Source: Thermodesulfobacteriota bacterium
GTDB lineage: Bacteria; Desulfobacterota_D; UBA1144
Length of the DNA: 64,000 nt
NCBI GenBank assembly: GCA_036340075.1
Contig: JAYYZJ010000005.1
Location: 1-64,000 of the forward strand
Direction: 5' to 3'
Under the pieces are notes generated by a model, which did not search any database, had not been told where the DNA came from, and saw only the letters and a list, made by a program, of their open reading frames with translations. Below, in pieces: positions 62,190-64,000 of this stretch; the first letter of the stretch is position 1, and each line of letters opens with the position of its first letter. A program made the translations under genes and the position numbers.

Positions 62190-63215
62190 ATGGATTTAAA
62201 ACTTTTAAAAGAACTTTGTGATTGTCCTGGTGTACCTGGTTGTGAAAATCTTGTAAGCGAAATAGTTCAAAGAGAATTAAAGAATTATTCTGAAGAGATA
62301 ACAACAGACCCTATGGGTAATGTAATTTTTAAAATCACAGACAATAATGGTCCCAGAATTCTTGTTGACGCACATATGGATGAAGTAGGATTTATTGTTT
62401 CGCATATAGAAGAGAATGGAATAATCAGAGTAATACCTTTAGGTGGTATTGACCCAAAACTTTTTTATGGTCAGAGGCTTACTATATGGGGTAAAGATGA
62501 AATAGATGTAACTGTTGGTGCAATCCCACCCCACATAAGGAAAGATACCGATAGTGCTCCAGAAATTGATGATTGCATTATAGATTCTGGAATTGAATAT
62601 AAAAAATTAAAAAAACTAGTCAAAGTTGGTGATCCAGTAACTTTCTCTACTAAATGTTTAGTTGATAATGGGAGAGTCTTATCAAAAGCTTTAGATGATA
62701 GAGTTGGTCTTTTTGTAGCAATTGAAGCTATTAAAAGCATTAAGAAAAAAAATCTTAAATGTCAGCTTACTGTATCTGCCTCAGTCCAAGAAGAAATGGG
62801 TTTGAGAGGAGCAAGAATCATTAATTCAAGAGTAAAACCAGATTTTTCTATTGCTCTAGAAGGAACAGTTTCAAATGACTTACCAGGAGTTCCAAAACAT
62901 AAATCGTTAGCTCATATAGGTGCTGGTCCAGAAATTCGTATATCTGATAAATACCTAATAGCTGATAGAGATTTTAATACTTTTATAGAAAATTTAGCAA
63001 CTTCTAATAAAATTGATTATCAATTGACGGCAAAAAATGCTGGTGGAACAAATTCTACAGCTTTTCAAGTTACTGGAGAAGGGTCAAAGGCAACTGTTTT
63101 GTCAGTACCAGTAAGATATCTACATAGTCCTAGCTCAGTAGCAACCTTGAACGATATAGAACTAACAATAAAGCTACTCACTAAGATTATTTTAAATATT
63201 CATAAATTTAACTAA
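62190..63215 (+). CDS. M42 family metallo-aminopeptidase
   Basis: AHMDEVG, KALDDRVG, QEEMGLRGA and RYLHS. Confidence 0.93.
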   Translation: MDLKLLKELCDCPGVPGCENLVSEIVQRELKNYSEEITTDPMGNVIFKITDNNGPRILVDAHMDEVGFIVSHIEENGIIRVIPLGGIDPKLFYGQRLTIWGKDEIDVTVGAIPPHIRKDTDSAPEIDDCIIDSGIEYKKLKKLVKVGDPVTFSTKCLVDNGRVLSKALDDRVGLFVAIEAIKSIKKKNLKCQLTVSASVQEEMGLRGARIINSRVKPDFSIALEGTVSNDLPGVPKHKSLAHIGAGPEIRISDKYLIADRDFNTFIENLATSNKIDYQLTAKNAGGTNSTAFQVTGEGSKATVLSVPVRYLHSPSSVATLNDIELTIKLLTKIILNIHKFN

Positions 63216-63541
63216 TGAAAGAAAATATAATATTAGAAATCTTCAATAGAGCATTTAAAGATGCTACCTCTTTGTCAATCAATCTCCTAGAAGATAGAAT
63301 GATTAAATTAAAGATTGATAATCAAGATTTGGCCTTAATTGAGACTTTATCAAATGAAGAATTAGATGAAATGGCCGGTAAAATAAGGGAAGAGAACATG
63401 GAACTTCTTGAGACTTTATCTAGCAGTAAAGAGAATAAGGATGATATTGAATCTCAGATTTTAGATAATTTTTTTGTTGAAATAGTTAGCACTATAGATC
63501 GAGTTTACAATCTAATAATCAGCAAGCAGCTTGGTGGATGA
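63215..63541 (+). CDS. Acidic helical hypothetical protein
   Basis: 108 aa ORF coupled to the M42 gene by a TAATG overlap. No family recognised. Confidence 0.7.
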   Translation: MKENIILEIFNRAFKDATSLSINLLEDRMIKLKIDNQDLALIETLSNEELDEMAGKIREENMELLETLSSSKENKDDIESQILDNFFVEIVSTIDRVYNLIISKQLGG

Positions 63542-63610
63542 AGCTCCTATTCGTTCAGCTTGAATACTTTGCAAATAGTCAATAATCTGTTAAAAATATA
63601 GTGCTGGGTC

Positions 63611-63973
63611 ATGATGGAATACAGTTTTTTTCTTATAATCTTTGTAGCTATTATTAGCATTCCCCTTCTGATGATTTTTACATCCAAAGTGATTAAATTC
63701 ATACTGGGAAGAAACACAAATCCCTTAGATACAATATATGAGTGTGGAGAGCCAAGCATAGAAACATCCTGGAAACAAATACCAATTTCTTATTTTAAAA
63801 TTGCATTAATCTTTATACTTTTTGATATTGAATTAGTCTTCGTCTTTCCATGGATATTGAGCTTAGACGACCCAACTAAACTATCATATTTTTCTTTCAT
63901 AACTTTTATAATAATACTATTTATAGGCTGGATTTATGCATATAAAAAGGGTTATTTAAAATGGGAAATGTAA
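63611..63973 (+). CDS. nuoA: NADH-quinone oxidoreductase subunit A
   Basis: YECG, FILFDIE..F.FPW and YAYKKGYLKW. Three TM helices. Confidence 0.95.
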   Translation: MMEYSFFLIIFVAIISIPLLMIFTSKVIKFILGRNTNPLDTIYECGEPSIETSWKQIPISYFKIALIFILFDIELVFVFPWILSLDDPTKLSYFSFITFIIILFIGWIYAYKKGYLKWEM

Positions 63974-64000
63974 AAAAATCATTAGAAGATATAGGAACTT
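63961..64000 (+). CDS. Start of the next gene, probably nuoB (truncated by the window edge)
   Basis: An ATG at 63961 overlaps the end of nuoA and is open to the edge (MGNVKKSLEDIGT). The identity rests on synteny only. Confidence 0.4.
   Translation, partial: MGNVKKSLEDIGT

Noticed and set aside
63539..63601. Selenocysteine read-through of the TGA after ...QLGG (frame stays open for about 19 codons, small AAGCT/AGCTT hairpin)
   Set aside because: The hairpin is only 5 bp and not SECIS-like, there is no redox motif, and no sel genes are in view.
2725..63759. Numerous 60-157 aa ORFs antisense to or out of frame within long genes (e.g. 2725-3198, 16468-16773, 22104-22385, 54314-54700)
   Set aside because: They lie within or largely overlap confidently identified genes and have no motifs. 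They are the expected antisense shadows of biased codon usage.
1..64000. tRNA or rRNA genes, prophage, IS elements or a genomic island
   Set aside because: No intergenic gap has a cloverleaf or rRNA-like GC-rich tract. There are no integrase, transposase or phage genes and no obvious compositional break.

Overview
An AT-rich (about 30% GC by eye), very densely coded bacterial window of roughly 60 genes, almost all core metabolism. Intergenic gaps are tiny and many genes overlap. I found no rRNA, tRNA, CRISPR array, integrase or transposase. Contents in order: the end of oadB, hflKC, a DAACS transporter, a stand-alone PD-(D/E)XK nuclease, ndh, ileS, lpdA and hemB; a gloB-metH-HAD-EamA operon divergent from a threonine-synthase-like gene plus a MoaD/ThiS sulfur carrier; a roughly 19 kb minus-strand run (ABC ATPase-rpmF-fabDG-acpP-fabF-rpiB-acnA-icd-mdh-sdhCAB-sucC-dnaK-rpmE2-grpE-dnaJ); the rimP-nusA-infB-DHH-truB-rpsO-pnp-miaA operon; uvrB, cobA/hemD and rsmE; a System I*-type ccm operon ending in a cytochrome c; then gloA, a PTPS, an M42 peptidase and the start of nuo. 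The gene set and compaction suggest a streamlined, probably marine, deltaproteobacteria-like lineage such as Ca. Dadabacteria. That is an inference I could not verify. The main candidates are: (1) a putative sulfur-carrier-dependent homocysteine/methionine module (ThrC-like plus a ubiquitin-like carrier, divergent from metH) with an unclassified, switch-like structured 5' leader; (2) apparently widespread leaderless transcription; (3) several independent zinc-sparing protein variants; (4) a truncated RimP, no rbfA, and a terminator in front of the nusA operon; (5) two small membrane ORFs in the ccm operon that the ORF track missed. Family calls come from motif recognition, not database searches.
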